Shown here: in pieces, positions 1-12,099 of the stretch | How positions within the stretch are numbered: the first letter of the stretch is position 1 | Layout: each line of letters opens with the position of its first letter | From: Thiobacillus denitrificans | Lineage (GTDB): Bacteria > Pseudomonadota > Gammaproteobacteria > Burkholderiales > Thiobacillaceae | Length of the DNA: 64,000 bases | Direction of reading: 5' to 3' | NCBI GenBank assembly: GCA_020723405.1 | Contig: DYIY01000009.1 | Coordinates: forward strand, 110,427 to 174,426 | Translations under genes and position numbers: made by a program | Notes under the pieces: generated by a model | The model's database searches: none | Told to the model about the DNA's origin: nothing | Seen by the model: only the letters and a program-made list of their open reading frames with translations

Positions 1-692
1 TGGTAGATCAGGGCTTCCATGTAGCGGACCATGAGACCGTCCACCACGACCTTGGCTTCCGGCTCGTAGATGTAGTCCCAGTGGTGCTCGGCCTTCTCCA
101 TGGCTTCCTCGGCAGAAAGCGGCAGGAGCTGCTTCAAGGCAGGCTCCTGTTTCATGGTGGAGATGAAGCGGCTGTAGATCAGGAAGAGGGCGTCGATGCG
201 GCCTTCCTTGTAGGCGTCCAGCATCACCTGCACCGGGCCGATGAGCTTTTCCATGTGCGGCGTGTCGCCCATGCCGTGCACCTGGGAGGCCACGTTGCCG
301 CCCATGCGCTGGATGAAACCCAAACCCTTGTTGCCGATGGCGCACACGTCCACCTCGATCTTCTGGTCTTCCCAGCCCTTGAGCTTGCCCACCGCCATGC
401 GCAGGGCATTGGTATTGAGACCGCCGCACAGGCCCTTGTCGGTGGTCACCAGGATGAGGCCCACGCGTTTGATGGTTTCACGTGAAACCACGAAGGGATG
501 GCGATACTCGGGATGGGCCTGGCTGAAGTGGGCCGCCACCCGGCCGATTTTCTCGGCGTAGGGACGGGCGTGCTTCATGCGCTCCTGGGCCTTGCGCATC
601 TTGGCGGCAGCCACCATTTCCATGGCACGGGTGATCTTGCGCGTGTTTTCCACGCTCTTGATCTTGGTGCGGATCTCTTTTCCGGCAGCCAT
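1..692 (-). CDS. atpG: ATP synthase F1 gamma subunit (5' part; C-terminus off window)
   Basis: Minus-strand translation from ATG (complement 690-692) gives [40 protein letters not shown]..., a typical AtpG N-terminus. The ORF runs off the window start. It sits upstream of atpA in the canonical atp operon order. Confidence 0.9.
   Translation of the reverse strand, partial: MAAGKEIRTKIKSVENTRKITRAMEMVAAAKMRKAQERMKHARPYAEKIGRVAAHFSQAHPEYRHPFVVSRETIKRVGLILVTTDKGLCGGLNTNALRMAVGKLKGWEDQKIEVDVCAIGNKGLGFIQRMGGNVASQVHGMGDTPHMEKLIGPVQVMLDAYKEGRIDALFLIYSRFISTMKQEPALKQLLPLSAEEAMEKAEHHWDYIYEPEAKVVVDGLMVRYMEALIY
474..489. promoter_or_regulatory. parS: parS site (GGTTTCACGTGAAACC; 14/16 to consensus TGTTTCACGTGAAACA) inside atpG coding sequence
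   Basis: Perfect 16-bp palindrome centred on CACGTG. Intragenic parS sites are common near origins. It encodes VVSRET in atpG. Confidence 0.7.
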
Positions 693-731
693 ATCTCTCT
701 ACTCTCGGCTCTTGGCGTTCGACTCGTCGGC

Positions 732-2273
732 TCAGTAGGCCGCGCTGGCCTTGAAGTCGTCGATGGCGGCGGACAGCTGCTTTTCGGTCTCCGCGTCCAG
801 GTCGCCGGTGCTCTGGATCTTCTCCAGCATGGCAGCGTACTTGCCCTTGAGGAAGGACTGGAGGGAGGCTTCGAAGGCCAGGGCCCGCTTCACTTCCACG
901 TCGTCCATGTAGCCCCGGTTCACGGCAAACAGGGTCACGGCCATTTCGGCCACGGTCATGGGCGAGTACTGGAACTGCTTCATCAGCTCGGTGACCATCT
1001 TGCCCCGCTCCAGCTGCTTGCGGGTGGCGTCGTCCAGGTCGGAGGCGAACTGGGCGAAGGCGGCCAGTTCCCGGTACTGGGCAAGGGCCAGACGGATACC
1101 GCCGCCCAGCTTCTTGATGACCTTGGTCTGGGCCGCACCGCCCACCCGGGACACGGACAGGCCGGCGTTGATGGCGGGACGGATGCCGGCGTTGAACAGG
1201 TCGGATTCCAGGAAGATCTGCCCGTCGGTGATGGAGATCACGTTGGTGGGCACGAATGCGGACACGTCGCCGGCCTGGGTCTCGATCACCGGCAGGGCGG
1301 TCAGGGAACCGGTCTGCCCCTTCACGGCGCCGTTGGTCTTCTTTTCGACGAAGTCGGCGTTGACCCGGGCGGAACGTTCCAGGAGACGGGAGTGCAGATA
1401 GAACACGTCGCCGGGGTAGGCTTCGCGGCCCGGAGGACGGCGCAGCAGCAGGGAGATCTGCCGGTAAGCCCAGGCCTGCTTGGTCAGGTCGTCGTAGACG
1501 ATGAGGGCATCACGGCCGCTGTCGCGGAAATACTCACCCATGGAGCAGCCGGCGTAGGGGGCGATGAACTGCATGGCCGCCGGGTCGGAAGAGGTGGCCG
1601 CCACAACGATGGTGTGGCCCATGGCGCCGTGCTCTTCCAGCTTGCGCACCACGTTGGCCACGGAGGAGGCCTTCTGGCCCACGGCCACGTAGATGCAGAG
1701 CACGCCGGTGCCCTTCTGGTTGATGATGGCATCGATGGCCACGGCGGTCTTGCCGGTCTGACGGTCGCCGATGATCAGTTCACGCTGGCCGCGGCCGATG
1801 GGCACCATGGAGTCGATGGACTTGAGGCCGGTCTGCATGGGCTGGGCCACGGACTGGCGGGCGATCACCCCGGGAGCGATCTTTTCGATGGGCGAGGTGG
1901 CGGCGGCGTTGATGGGTCCCTTGCCGTCGATGGGCTGGCCCAGGGCGTTCACCACGCGGCCCAGCAGACCTTCACCCACGGGCACTTCCAGGATGCGCCC
2001 GGTGCACTTGACGGTGTCGCCTTCAGTGATGTGCTCGTACTCGCCCAGCACCACGGCGCCCACGGAGTCGCGCTCCAGGTTCAGGGCCATGCCGAAGGTG
2101 TTGCCGGGGAACTCCAGCATTTCACCTTGCATGACTTCGGCCAGGCCGTGGACGCGCACGATGCCGTCAGTCACGGATACGACGGTACCCTGGGTGCGCA
2201 GCTCGGTGCCGGCTTCCAGGTTCTGGATGCGGCTCTTGATCAGCTCGCTGATTTCAGACGGGTTGAGTTGCAT
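732..2273 (-). CDS. atpA: ATP synthase F1 alpha subunit
   Basis: 513-aa ORF with Walker A GDRQTGKT and strong alpha-subunit identity ([13 protein letters not shown]...). Confidence 0.97.
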   Translation of the reverse strand: MQLNPSEISELIKSRIQNLEAGTELRTQGTVVSVTDGIVRVHGLAEVMQGEMLEFPGNTFGMALNLERDSVGAVVLGEYEHITEGDTVKCTGRILEVPVGEGLLGRVVNALGQPIDGKGPINAAATSPIEKIAPGVIARQSVAQPMQTGLKSIDSMVPIGRGQRELIIGDRQTGKTAVAIDAIINQKGTGVLCIYVAVGQKASSVANVVRKLEEHGAMGHTIVVAATSSDPAAMQFIAPYAGCSMGEYFRDSGRDALIVYDDLTKQAWAYRQISLLLRRPPGREAYPGDVFYLHSRLLERSARVNADFVEKKTNGAVKGQTGSLTALPVIETQAGDVSAFVPTNVISITDGQIFLESDLFNAGIRPAINAGLSVSRVGGAAQTKVIKKLGGGIRLALAQYRELAAFAQFASDLDDATRKQLERGKMVTELMKQFQYSPMTVAEMAVTLFAVNRGYMDDVEVKRALAFEASLQSFLKGKYAAMLEKIQSTGDLDAETEKQLSAAIDDFKASAAY

Positions 2274-2300
2274 GGCTACTCCGATTCTCTTTCAAATCTT

Positions 2301-2840
2301 TCAGGCTTCCAGGGTGACGGCCAAGTTGGCCAACCCGCCGCGCACCGACGCATCCATGACTTCGTCGCCGACCTGGACCACGATGCCACCGATCAGCTCG
2401 CTGTCCACCGACTGGGTGGCGCTGATCTTGCGTCCGAACTTGGCTTCCAGCTTGGCCACGAGGCCTGCCAACTGTTCGGCGGTCAACTCGAAGGCCGTGG
2501 TGACGTGGGCGTCCAGCACCCCTTCCCGGGTGGCTTTCTCGGCCTCGAAGGCCTGGACGATTTCCGGCATGAGGGTCAGGCGCTTGTTTTCAGTCAGCAG
2601 ACCTACCAGATTGGTAGCCTCGGCACCCAGCTTGTCGCCGCACACGGCGAGGATCACCTCGCTGATGCGTTCGGCGGGCACCGCCGGGTTACTGGCCAGG
2701 GACTGGATCTGTTCGTCGCGGGTCACCAGTTCCAGCAGGGCCAGGCGTTCGGACCAGAGGGCCCAGCTGTTGCCTTCGCCGGCCAGTTTGGCCACGGCGT
2801 CGGCATAGGGTCGGGCAAGCGTCGCGCGTTCCATGGTCAC
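2301..2840 (-). CDS. atpH: ATP synthase F1 delta subunit
   Basis: 179 aa with OSCP/delta-like sequence. Placement between atpF and atpA. Confidence 0.9.
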   Translation of the reverse strand: MTMERATLARPYADAVAKLAGEGNSWALWSERLALLELVTRDEQIQSLASNPAVPAERISEVILAVCGDKLGAEATNLVGLLTENKRLTLMPEIVQAFEAEKATREGVLDAHVTTAFELTAEQLAGLVAKLEAKFGRKISATQSVDSELIGGIVVQVGDEVMDASVRGGLANLAVTLEA

Positions 2841-3307
2841 AGTTCGTTCTTGATGGCTTCCAGCAGATCAGCGTGGGCCTGGGGATTGACCTCGCGGCGC
2901 AGCACCTTGCCGGCACCGGCCACCACCAGAGCGGCCACGTCACCGCGCAGGGCTTCCCGGGCGCGGTGGCTTTCCTGCTCGATCTCGGCCTTGGCGGCAG
3001 CGATCATGCGATCGCCCTCGTCCTTGGCTTCGTTCTTGGCTTCCTCAATGAGCTGGGTGGAGCGCTTCTCGGCCTGGGCGATGATGTCGGCGGCTTTCTG
3101 CTTGGCGTCCACCAGGGTTTCACTGGCGCGCTTGGCGGCCAGCTCCAGCTCATGCTTGCCCCGGTCGGCGGCGGCCAGGCCGTCGGCGATCAGCTTCTTG
3201 CGGGCTTCCAGGGCAGCAATGATGGGCGGCCACACGTACTTCATGCAGAACCACACGAACAGGGCGAACATGATCGCCTGCGCGAGGAGGGTTGCATTGA
3301 TATTCAT
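2837..3307 (-). CDS. atpF: ATP synthase Fo b subunit
   Basis: 156 aa with an N-terminal TM helix followed by a long charged coiled-coil ([15 protein letters not shown]...). Overlaps the atpH start by 4 nt. Confidence 0.9.
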   Translation of the reverse strand: MNINATLLAQAIMFALFVWFCMKYVWPPIIAALEARKKLIADGLAAADRGKHELELAAKRASETLVDAKQKAADIIAQAEKRSTQLIEEAKNEAKDEGDRMIAAAKAEIEQESHRAREALRGDVAALVVAGAGKVLRREVNPQAHADLLEAIKNEL

Positions 3308-3344
3308 GCCAAACCTTTCTTGCGGTTTGCGGAGGGTTCAGCGC

Positions 3345-4545
<1,201 letters not shown>

Positions 4546-4920
4546 TTACTCAAACTTGCGGGTCGCTGCCAGGAACACCCAGGCGATCTGCCCCGCGATA
4601 AAACCTATCAATAACGGCGGTGGGTCCAGATGCAACCCGGCAATGCCCGCCGCCAGCAAAAGTCCGACAACAAAAAACCGCTCCAGAGCGGAACGGTGAA
4701 ACGCGCGAAGATGGCGTTGGCCGTCGCAGTGATAGTCCCTGCGGCCCTGATGCCAGCGCCAGACCAGCAGGACGCCGTTCAACACTGCCACCGCACCACC
4801 ATAAGCCGCCGCCAGCGCTGCCGCGCCGTCCTGGCGTAACCCATAGACCAGGACCACCAACAAAACCACGGCAGCTTGTAGACCAAGGCCAAAAAACATT
4901 AGCGGATAATCATATAGCAA
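4546..4920 (-). CDS. atpI: ATP synthase protein I
   Basis: Small hydrophobic 124-aa ORF (TTG start at 4920; alternative ATG at 4899) immediately upstream of atpB. Confidence 0.7.
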   Translation of the reverse strand: MLYDYPLMFFGLGLQAAVVLLVVLVYGLRQDGAAALAAAYGGAVAVLNGVLLVWRWHQGRRDYHCDGQRHLRAFHRSALERFFVVGLLLAAGIAGLHLDPPPLLIGFIAGQIAWVFLAATRKFE

Positions 4921-4991
4921 TTAGTGGGACTAATGCAATCATCAAAGGGTTTGATGATTTTGGACCATGGACTCCGTTTGTCATCATCCCA

Positions 4992-5831
4992 CTATTTGAT
5001 GCGGCGCAGCAATTCATCCAGTTGATCGAGACTGGCGAATTCGATGCTCAGTCTGCCCACGCCCTTGCGGTTGGCCTGGATGCGCACCCCGGCCCCCAGA
5101 CGCTCCGCCAGTTCCTCTTCCAGGCGCACCACGTCCCGATCGCGCCTTTCCTCGGCCTTCTTTTCCGGCGGTTTGGCCAGTTTCGCTGCCAGACGCTCGG
5201 TCTCCCGCACCGACAGATCCCGGCGCAGCACTTCCCGGGCGGCTTCCACCTGTTTGGCGTTGCCCAGAGGCAGCAGGGCCCGGGCGTGGCCCATGTCCAA
5301 CTGGCCATCCATGAGCATGGCCTGGACCGGTTTGGCCAGATTGAGCAGGCGCAGCAGGTTCGACACGGCCACCCGGGAACGGCCCACCGACTCGGCGGCG
5401 GTCTGGTGGGTCATGGTGAATTCCTGGATGAGCCGGTGGATGCCCTGGGCCTCTTCCAGGGGGTTCAGGTTTTCCCGCTGAATGTTCTCGATGAGGGCCA
5501 TCTTCAGGGCCGCAGCGTCTTCCACCACCCGCACCAGCACCGGCACCTGGGTGAGGCCGGCCAGTTGGCTGGCCCGCCAGCGCCGCTCCCCGGCGATGAT
5601 CTCGTAACGCCCGCCGGGAATGGCCCGGGCCAGGATGGGTTGCATCAGGCCCTGGGCGCGGATGGAGTCGGCCAGTTCGGCCAGTGCTTCCTCGTCCATA
5701 CGGGTGCGGGGCTGGTACTTGCCTGGCACCAGGCTTTCCACGGGCAGGGTGAGCAGACGCTCCCCGTCCTCGGTTTCGCCTTCTCCCAGCAGGGCGTCCA
5801 GCCCCCGTCCCAGTCCCTTGAGCTTAGCCAT
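4992..5831 (-). CDS. parB: Chromosome partitioning protein ParB
   Basis: 279 aa starting MAKLKGLGRGLDALLG with ParB box motifs (GERRWRA). Start overlaps the parA stop. Confidence 0.95.
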   Translation of the reverse strand: MAKLKGLGRGLDALLGEGETEDGERLLTLPVESLVPGKYQPRTRMDEEALAELADSIRAQGLMQPILARAIPGGRYEIIAGERRWRASQLAGLTQVPVLVRVVEDAAALKMALIENIQRENLNPLEEAQGIHRLIQEFTMTHQTAAESVGRSRVAVSNLLRLLNLAKPVQAMLMDGQLDMGHARALLPLGNAKQVEAAREVLRRDLSVRETERLAAKLAKPPEKKAEERRDRDVVRLEEELAERLGAGVRIQANRKGVGRLSIEFASLDQLDELLRRIK

Positions 5832-6603
5832 GCCGCTTTCCTTCCTGTTTTTCCATGAGTTCCTTCGCCATCTGCAGATACGCCTGGGCGCCCCGGGAGC
5901 CCCGGTCGTATTGCAGAGCCGCCAGACCGTGGCTGGGGGCCTCGGCCAGACGCACGTTGCGCGGCACCAGGGTGTCGAACACCTTGGCGCCGAAGTGGGC
6001 CTTGAGTTGATCGGAGACGTGCTGGGCCAGGGTGTTGCGGTTGTCGAACATCACCCGCACCACGCCGTCTATGACCAGCCCCGGATTGAGGCGGGCCTTG
6101 ATCTTCTTGATGGTGTTGACCAGATCGGCCAGACCTTCGATGGCGAAATACTCGCACTGCATTGGGATGATGACCGCATCGGCCGCAGTAAGGGCGTTCA
6201 CCGTGAGCAGATTGAGGGCCGGCGGGCAGTCGATGAGTACGTAGTCGTAGTCCCCCAGGTTGCCGGCCAGGGCCGACTTGAGGCGGAACTCCCGTTGCTT
6301 TTCCTCCACCAGTTCCACCTCGGCGCCAGCCAGATCCCGGTTGGCGGGGATCAGGTCGAAGCCGCCGGACTCGGCGCGCACCCGGGTGGCAGGCAGGTCG
6401 GCCTGGGCCAGCAGCAGGTGATATACGGTGCGGCTCAGCCCCTGCTTGCTGACGCCGCTGCCGGTGGTGGCGTTGCCCTGGGGATCCAGGTCCATGAGCA
6501 GCACCCGGCTGCCCAGGCTGGCCAGACTGGCGGCCAGATTGACGGCCGTGGTGGTCTTGCCCACTCCGCCCTTCTGGTTGGTGATGGCGATGACGCGGGC
6601 CAT
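5824..6603 (-). CDS. parA: Chromosome partitioning ATPase ParA
   Basis: Start chosen at [28 protein letters not shown] (deviant Walker A). The track ORF is extended upstream to 7227 by read-through. The start overlaps the rsmG stop by 1 nt. Confidence 0.93.
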   Translation of the reverse strand: MARVIAITNQKGGVGKTTTAVNLAASLASLGSRVLLMDLDPQGNATTGSGVSKQGLSRTVYHLLLAQADLPATRVRAESGGFDLIPANRDLAGAEVELVEEKQREFRLKSALAGNLGDYDYVLIDCPPALNLLTVNALTAADAVIIPMQCEYFAIEGLADLVNTIKKIKARLNPGLVIDGVVRVMFDNRNTLAQHVSDQLKAHFGAKVFDTLVPRNVRLAEAPSHGLAALQYDRGSRGAQAYLQMAKELMEKQEGKRHG

Positions 6604-7223
6604 TAGGCAGGCTCCATGATGATGAGATGACGTTCGGCATCCAGTTCCGGGACGGCCAGGGGCAGGCAGTCCACCACCCGGACGCCTTCCAGGCGGGCCA
6701 TTTCTTCCCGGGGCAGCACGCCTTTCATGGCCAGCCAGCGGCCGCCGGGGGCCAGCAGGTGGCGGGTGAGGGCGACGAACTCCGCCAGATCCGAGAAGGC
6801 CCGGGAAACGATGCACGGAAAGGGGAGGGCGGGCTGGTAGCGTTCCACCCGGCCGTGAATGACTTCCAGGCTGGCCAGCCGCAGCTCGATGGCCACCTGG
6901 CGCATGAAGCTGCACTTCTTCTCGCTGGCGTCCAGGGTGGTCACCGCCAGGCCGGGGTGCAGGATGGCCAAGGGGATGCCCGGCAGGCCGGCGCCAGCCC
7001 CCACGTCCAGTAAGCGGTCGGCATCCACATGGGGCGCCACGGCGAGACTGTCCAGCAGATGATGGGTGAACATCTTCTCCGGATCGTCGATGGCAGTAAG
7101 GTTGTAGGTGCGGTTCCACTTGCCCAGCAGGGCCAGATAGGCGAGGAGGCCGCGCCGGGCTTCGGGACCAGCTTCCAGACCCAGGATTTCCAGGGCCTTG
7201 GCAAGCCTGACGTCCTGGCTCAC
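6603..7223 (-). CDS. rsmG: 16S rRNA (guanine527-N7)-methyltransferase RsmG (GidB)
   Basis: 206 aa with SAM-MTase motifs ([17 protein letters not shown]). Position between mnmG and parA. Confidence 0.93.
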   Translation of the reverse strand: MSQDVRLAKALEILGLEAGPEARRGLLAYLALLGKWNRTYNLTAIDDPEKMFTHHLLDSLAVAPHVDADRLLDVGAGAGLPGIPLAILHPGLAVTTLDASEKKCSFMRQVAIELRLASLEVIHGRVERYQPALPFPCIVSRAFSDLAEFVALTRHLLAPGGRWLAMKGVLPREEMARLEGVRVVDCLPLAVPELDAERHLIIMEPA

Positions 7224-9109
7224 GCACCCTCCTTCAAGGCCCGGTTGCGCTTGAGATGGACCATGAGCACGGAAATGGCCGCCGGGGTCACGCCGGACAC
7301 CCGGGCGGCCTGCCCCAGGGTGGCAGGGCGGGCCTGGGCCAGCTTCTGGCGCACTTCCTTGGACAGGCTGTCCAGGGCCAGATAGTCGAAGTCGGCCGGC
7401 ATGGGCTGGTCCTCCAAAGCCTTTTGCCGTTCGATTTCGTCCTGTTGGCGGACCACGTAGCCGGCGTACTTGGCGTCGATCTCCACCTGTTCCCGGGCCT
7501 CTTCATCCTCCAGTCCAGGGCCGACGCCGGGAAGGGTCATGAGAATCGGATAATCCACCTCCGGTCGACGCAGCAGATCGAACAGGCAGTATTCCCGCTC
7601 GATGCCCTTGCCCAGGACACGCTCCGCTTCGGCCGCCGCAAGAGTGGTGGGGTTGACCCAGGTGGAACGCAGGCGCTCCTCCTCCCGGGCGATGGCTTCC
7701 TGCTTGGCGCAGAAGCGGGCCCAGCGGGCTTCGTCCACCAGTCCCAGCTCCCGGCCCATGGGGGTGAGCCGCTGGTCGGCGTTGTCCTCGCGCAGGCTCA
7801 GCCGGTACTCGGCCCGGCTGGTGAACATGCGATAGGGATCCTGGACCCCCCGGGCGGTCAGGTCATCGGCCATGACCCCCAGGTATGCCTGGTCGCGGCG
7901 TGGCCACCAGGACTCCAGGTCCCGACAGCGCCGGGCGGCGTTGACCCCGGCCAGCAGGCCCTGGGCGGCGGCCTCCTCGTAGCCGGTGGTGCCGTTGATC
8001 TGGCCGGCCATGAACAGGCCGGCGATGTGCTTGCTTTCCAGGCCGGGGGTGAGGCCCCGGGGATCATAGAAATCGTATTCGATGGCGTAGCCGGGGCGCA
8101 GCAGGTGGGCCTTCTCCAGGCCCCGGATGGAGCGCACCAGTTCCAGTTGCACGTCGAAGGGCAGGCTGGTGGACACCCCGTTGGGATAGAACTCGTGGGT
8201 ATGCAGGCCTTCCGGCTCAAGGAACACGTTGTGGGCGTCCTTGTCGGCGAAGCGGCTGATCTTGTCCTCGATGCTCGGGCAATAGCGGGGCCCCACGCCC
8301 TCGATGACCCCGGTGTAAAGGGGCGAGCGGTCCAGGCCCCGGCGGATGATGTCGTGAGTGCGTTCGTTGGTCTGGGTGATCCAGCAGGGCAACTGCCGGG
8401 GATGCATGTCCCGCCGGCCCAGGAAGGAAAACACCGGTTCCGGGTCGTCGCCAGGCTGTTCCTGCAGCACCGAAAAGTCGATGCTGCGTCCGTCGATGCG
8501 CGGTGGTGTGCCGGTTTTCAGCCGGCCGGCAGGCAATTGCAATTCCCGCAGCCGGGCCGCCAGGGTGGCGGCGGGGGGGTCGCCCATACGCCCGGCGCGG
8601 AAGTTCTCCAGCCCCACGTGGATCAGGCCGGCCAGGAAGGTGCCGGTGGTCAACACCACCGCCCGCGCCCGAAACTCGATGGCCAACTGGGTACGCACCC
8701 CGGCCACCGCATCCCCTTCCAGCAGCAGGTCGTCCACGGCCTGCTGGAACAGGGTCAGATTGGGCTGGCTTTCCAGACGGCCGCGGATGGCCTGCTTGTA
8801 CAGCAGCCGGTCTGCCTGGGCCCGAGTGGCCCGCACGGCGGGGCCCTTGGAGGCATTGAGGGTACGGAACTGGATGCCGGCTTCGTCCGTGGCGATGGCC
8901 ATGGCCCCGCCCAATGCGTCCACTTCCCGCACCAGATGGCCCTTGCCGATGCCGCCGATGGACGGATTGCAGGACATGGCTCCCAGGGTTTCGATGTTGT
9001 GTGTCAGCAGCAGGGTATCCAGACCCATGCGCGCCGCAGCCAGGGCCGCCTCGCTGCCGGCGTGCCCGCCTCCCACCACGATCACATCGAATTTGTCCGG
9101 AAAAATCAT
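7220..9109 (-). CDS. mnmG: tRNA uridine-5-carboxymethylaminomethyl modification enzyme MnmG (GidA)
   Basis: 629 aa with an FAD-binding N-terminus ([22 protein letters not shown]) and high identity to MnmG. Confidence 0.97.
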   Translation of the reverse strand: MIFPDKFDVIVVGGGHAGSEAALAAARMGLDTLLLTHNIETLGAMSCNPSIGGIGKGHLVREVDALGGAMAIATDEAGIQFRTLNASKGPAVRATRAQADRLLYKQAIRGRLESQPNLTLFQQAVDDLLLEGDAVAGVRTQLAIEFRARAVVLTTGTFLAGLIHVGLENFRAGRMGDPPAATLAARLRELQLPAGRLKTGTPPRIDGRSIDFSVLQEQPGDDPEPVFSFLGRRDMHPRQLPCWITQTNERTHDIIRRGLDRSPLYTGVIEGVGPRYCPSIEDKISRFADKDAHNVFLEPEGLHTHEFYPNGVSTSLPFDVQLELVRSIRGLEKAHLLRPGYAIEYDFYDPRGLTPGLESKHIAGLFMAGQINGTTGYEEAAAQGLLAGVNAARRCRDLESWWPRRDQAYLGVMADDLTARGVQDPYRMFTSRAEYRLSLREDNADQRLTPMGRELGLVDEARWARFCAKQEAIAREEERLRSTWVNPTTLAAAEAERVLGKGIEREYCLFDLLRRPEVDYPILMTLPGVGPGLEDEEAREQVEIDAKYAGYVVRQQDEIERQKALEDQPMPADFDYLALDSLSKEVRQKLAQARPATLGQAARVSGVTPAAISVLMVHLKRNRALKEGA

Positions 9110-9172
9110 TGACTTGGCGCCGCCTTGGGCAAACTGGAACCAGGCGGCGGATTCTACGCCATGCAGCCGGTT

Positions 9173-9188
9173 GTTTCACGTGAAACAA
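9173..9188. promoter_or_regulatory. parS: parS site, exact consensus TGTTTCACGTGAAACA (within a 24-bp perfect palindrome at 9169-9192)
   Basis: Exact match to the canonical ParB-binding site in the mnmG/ppc intergenic region. Confidence 0.85.
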
Positions 9189-9199
9189 CCGCAAGGGAC

Positions 9200-11992
9200 T
9201 CAACCGGTGTTGCGCATCCCGGCCGCGATGGCGTTGATGGAACGCAGCAGGGGCTCCAGCCAGGGGCTGGTGGGCTGCCCTTCCGCCGGGGTGTGGCGCA
9301 GCCGGCGCAGCAGCACGACCTGGATGGAGTTCAGGGGATCCAGATAGGGATTGCGGCTGGCCAGGGACTGGGCAAGGGCCAGGTTTTCTTCCAGCAGGGT
9401 TTTACTGTCCGCCACATTGAGGATCTGTTCCCTGGCACGCAGAAATTCCCCCCGGATGGTCTCGTGGATGTGCCGCCCTGCCTTGGGTTGCTCACACAGA
9501 TCCGCGTATTCGCCGGCAATGCCCATGTCGGTCTTGGCCAGGGCCATCTGGGCGTTGGACAACAGGGTGCGGAAGAAGGGCCACTCCTGGTACATGCGTT
9601 GCAATTTCGCCAGTCGGGCGGGGTCACCGCCACGCCAGTTTTCCAGGGCAGTGCCAATGCCGTACCAGGCGGGGAGGGCATGGCGGGACTGGCCCCAGGC
9701 GAACACCCAGGAGATGGCTCTTACCGAGGACTTGGAACGATCGCCGGCCTTGCGATGGGAAGGGCGGGAGCCGATGTTCAGCCAACCGATCTCCCGTACG
9801 GGAGTGGCCTCATAGAAGTAATCCAGGAAGCCTTCGGTGCGTTCGGTGAGCTGGCGGTAATGGGCTTCCCCCAGCCTGGCGATCTCATCCATGATCCCCA
9901 AGTAGTCCAGGCGGTCCTCCCGGGCATCGCGCACGAGATGGACACTGGACTTGAGCAGCCCGGTTACTCCCATGGTCAACTCGTAGATGGCCGTTTCCAT
10001 GTTGTTGTATTTGTAGAACAGCACTTCGCCCTGCTCCGTGAATTTGATCTCGCCGCTTACGGTGCCGGGAGGCTGTGCCAGGATGGCTTCGTGGGTGGGG
10101 CCCCCACCCCGGCCCACGGTGCCGCCCCGGCCATGGAACAAGCGGCAGGGAATGCCCTCGGCCTGGGACAGGGCGACGATCTTCTTCTGGGCTTCGTACA
10201 GGCCCCAGGTGGAGGCCAGGATGCCGCCATCCTTGCAGGAATCGGAATAGCCCAGCATCACTTCCTGTCCCTCGCGGAATGCTGCGAGCAACTGGCGGTA
10301 GACCGGAAGGTGGTAGAGACGGGAGAGTACCGCCTCCACCTGGGAGAGATCCTCGATAGTCTCGAACAGGGGACTCACACCCAAGTGGCAGAACCATCTT
10401 CCGGCCATGCGGCCGGCCAGTTCTGCCAGTGCCGCCAGGCAAATCACCTCCAGAACGTGGGAAGCGGAATGGGTCATGGAGATGACGTAACGCCCGAAAC
10501 ACTCCGGGCCCAGAGAGCGACGCATGTGGGCGATGAGTTGGAACACCCGCAACACCTCCTGGGTGTCGGCGGAAAGACGGGCCAGATCGAACTGCAGGGC
10601 GTTGGGGTTGCTGATGGCGTCGCTCAGGACTTCCAGGCGGCGGGCCTCGTCCAGGGCCGGGTAATCCATGCCCAGGGAGAGGAAAAGGATTTCCGCCACG
10701 GCCTCGCTGTGCCGGGTGGATTCCTGACGCACGTCCAGTTGCAGCAAATGGAAGCCAAAGGTGCGCACCAGCAGGATCAGGTCCTCCAGTTCCCGTTCTG
10801 CCACCTCGCCATCGCCGTGGCTGGCCAGGGAGTCTCGGATGAGCAGCAGTTCTCCCAGGAAGGCCTGGGCGCTGGCGTAGCCCGGCGTCTCGAAGGACAC
10901 CTCACCGCCGTCGATGGCCCGCTGGATCAGTTCCAGGTTGCGGGCCAGACGCCGGCGCATGAAGGCCAGCTTGCGCCGGTAGGGTTCCTGGCCGTAACGG
11001 ATGGTCAGACCTTCACCAGCCCCCTCGGTCTCATCCGCCACCAGGCTGTCCATGAACGCGGGTGAGGGTTGGCACAGGCGTGTGGAGTAGGAAAGTTGTT
11101 CGCTCAACTGCTCCAGGCGACGCAGGTATTCCGTGCAGGCGGTTCGAGCCTGCATGCGCCAGGCCAGGGCAGTCAACTCGGCGGTGACGAAGGGGTGGCC
11201 ATCCCGGTCACCTCCTATCCAGGAGCCAAAACGGAGGAAATCCGGTGTACCTGCCTGGTCGGCCACGCTCCGCCCGTAGGTATCGCGCAGGGATTTGCGG
11301 AAATTGCGGTACACCCCCACCACCGCCTGGAACAGGGATTGGGGGAAGTAGGACAGGCCAGCCCGGATTTCATCCCTGACTTCCAGCTTGCTGGCCCGCA
11401 CCTCGTCGGTCTTCCACAGGATCTGGATCTGGTTGGACAGGCGTTCCACGGCCTCGTCACGGAACATGCCAGTGCGCCGGGGATCGTCCAGAGCTTCCAG
11501 GCTGACGAAGATGTCACGCAGTGCACCCTTGATGGTGCGGCGCTTGGCCTCCGAAGGATGGGCTGTGATCACCGGCATGAAGCGCAGGCGGTTGAGCAAG
11601 GGGATCAGTTCGGTCGCCTCCACCCCGCTGTCGCGCAGGGCCAGCAGGGTGTCATGGAAGGATCCGCTCCACATATGGCCTCCGGCGCCCACGGCCCGGC
11701 GCCGTTCGGCCAGGTTGTGGGATTCCTCGGAGATGTTCACCAGGCTGAAGTAGATGTTGTAGGCACGGATGATCTGGCCCAGGGCTTCCGGGCCCAGATC
11801 ATCGATGCGCGCCATGAGCGCATCCCGTTCCGCCTCGTCGTCCTGCTGGCGCAGGGCGATGAAGCCCAGGCGCAGGGCTTTCAGTGCGGCGTAGGTGGCC
11901 GGGTCAAGCTGGCGCTTCAGGACCCGGCTGAGAAGGAGGACGAGGAGCTTGGTGCGCCGGTTGTGGCGCGCAGGCAGGGGATCAGGGTGCAT
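9200..11992 (-). CDS. ppc: Phosphoenolpyruvate carboxylase
   Basis: 930-aa ORF. The C-terminus ends ...MRNTG, typical of Ppc, and conserved Ppc blocks are present. Confidence 0.93.
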   Translation of the reverse strand: MHPDPLPARHNRRTKLLVLLLSRVLKRQLDPATYAALKALRLGFIALRQQDDEAERDALMARIDDLGPEALGQIIRAYNIYFSLVNISEESHNLAERRRAVGAGGHMWSGSFHDTLLALRDSGVEATELIPLLNRLRFMPVITAHPSEAKRRTIKGALRDIFVSLEALDDPRRTGMFRDEAVERLSNQIQILWKTDEVRASKLEVRDEIRAGLSYFPQSLFQAVVGVYRNFRKSLRDTYGRSVADQAGTPDFLRFGSWIGGDRDGHPFVTAELTALAWRMQARTACTEYLRRLEQLSEQLSYSTRLCQPSPAFMDSLVADETEGAGEGLTIRYGQEPYRRKLAFMRRRLARNLELIQRAIDGGEVSFETPGYASAQAFLGELLLIRDSLASHGDGEVAERELEDLILLVRTFGFHLLQLDVRQESTRHSEAVAEILFLSLGMDYPALDEARRLEVLSDAISNPNALQFDLARLSADTQEVLRVFQLIAHMRRSLGPECFGRYVISMTHSASHVLEVICLAALAELAGRMAGRWFCHLGVSPLFETIEDLSQVEAVLSRLYHLPVYRQLLAAFREGQEVMLGYSDSCKDGGILASTWGLYEAQKKIVALSQAEGIPCRLFHGRGGTVGRGGGPTHEAILAQPPGTVSGEIKFTEQGEVLFYKYNNMETAIYELTMGVTGLLKSSVHLVRDAREDRLDYLGIMDEIARLGEAHYRQLTERTEGFLDYFYEATPVREIGWLNIGSRPSHRKAGDRSKSSVRAISWVFAWGQSRHALPAWYGIGTALENWRGGDPARLAKLQRMYQEWPFFRTLLSNAQMALAKTDMGIAGEYADLCEQPKAGRHIHETIRGEFLRAREQILNVADSKTLLEENLALAQSLASRNPYLDPLNSIQVVLLRRLRHTPAEGQPTSPWLEPLLRSINAIAAGMRNTG

Positions 11993-12069
11993 GGCTATGT
12001 ATCCGCGGCTTCATTGGCCCGCAACTTACCATCCATGGGGCGCGGGTGAAATCCACCCATGGAGTAGCG

Positions 12070-12085
12070 TGTTCCACGTGGAACA
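12070..12085. promoter_or_regulatory. parS: parS-like site TGTTCCACGTGGAACA (14/16, symmetric substitutions)
   Basis: Palindrome in the ppc/ABC-exporter intergenic region. Confidence 0.6.
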
Positions 12086-12099
12086 TGGAGTCCGGGCCC

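Noticed and set aside
474-489. CACGTG palindromes as intrinsic terminators or an unknown TF site
   Set aside because: No flanking U-tract and one copy is intragenic. The 16-mer matches the universal parS consensus and parAB are adjacent, so they are called parS.
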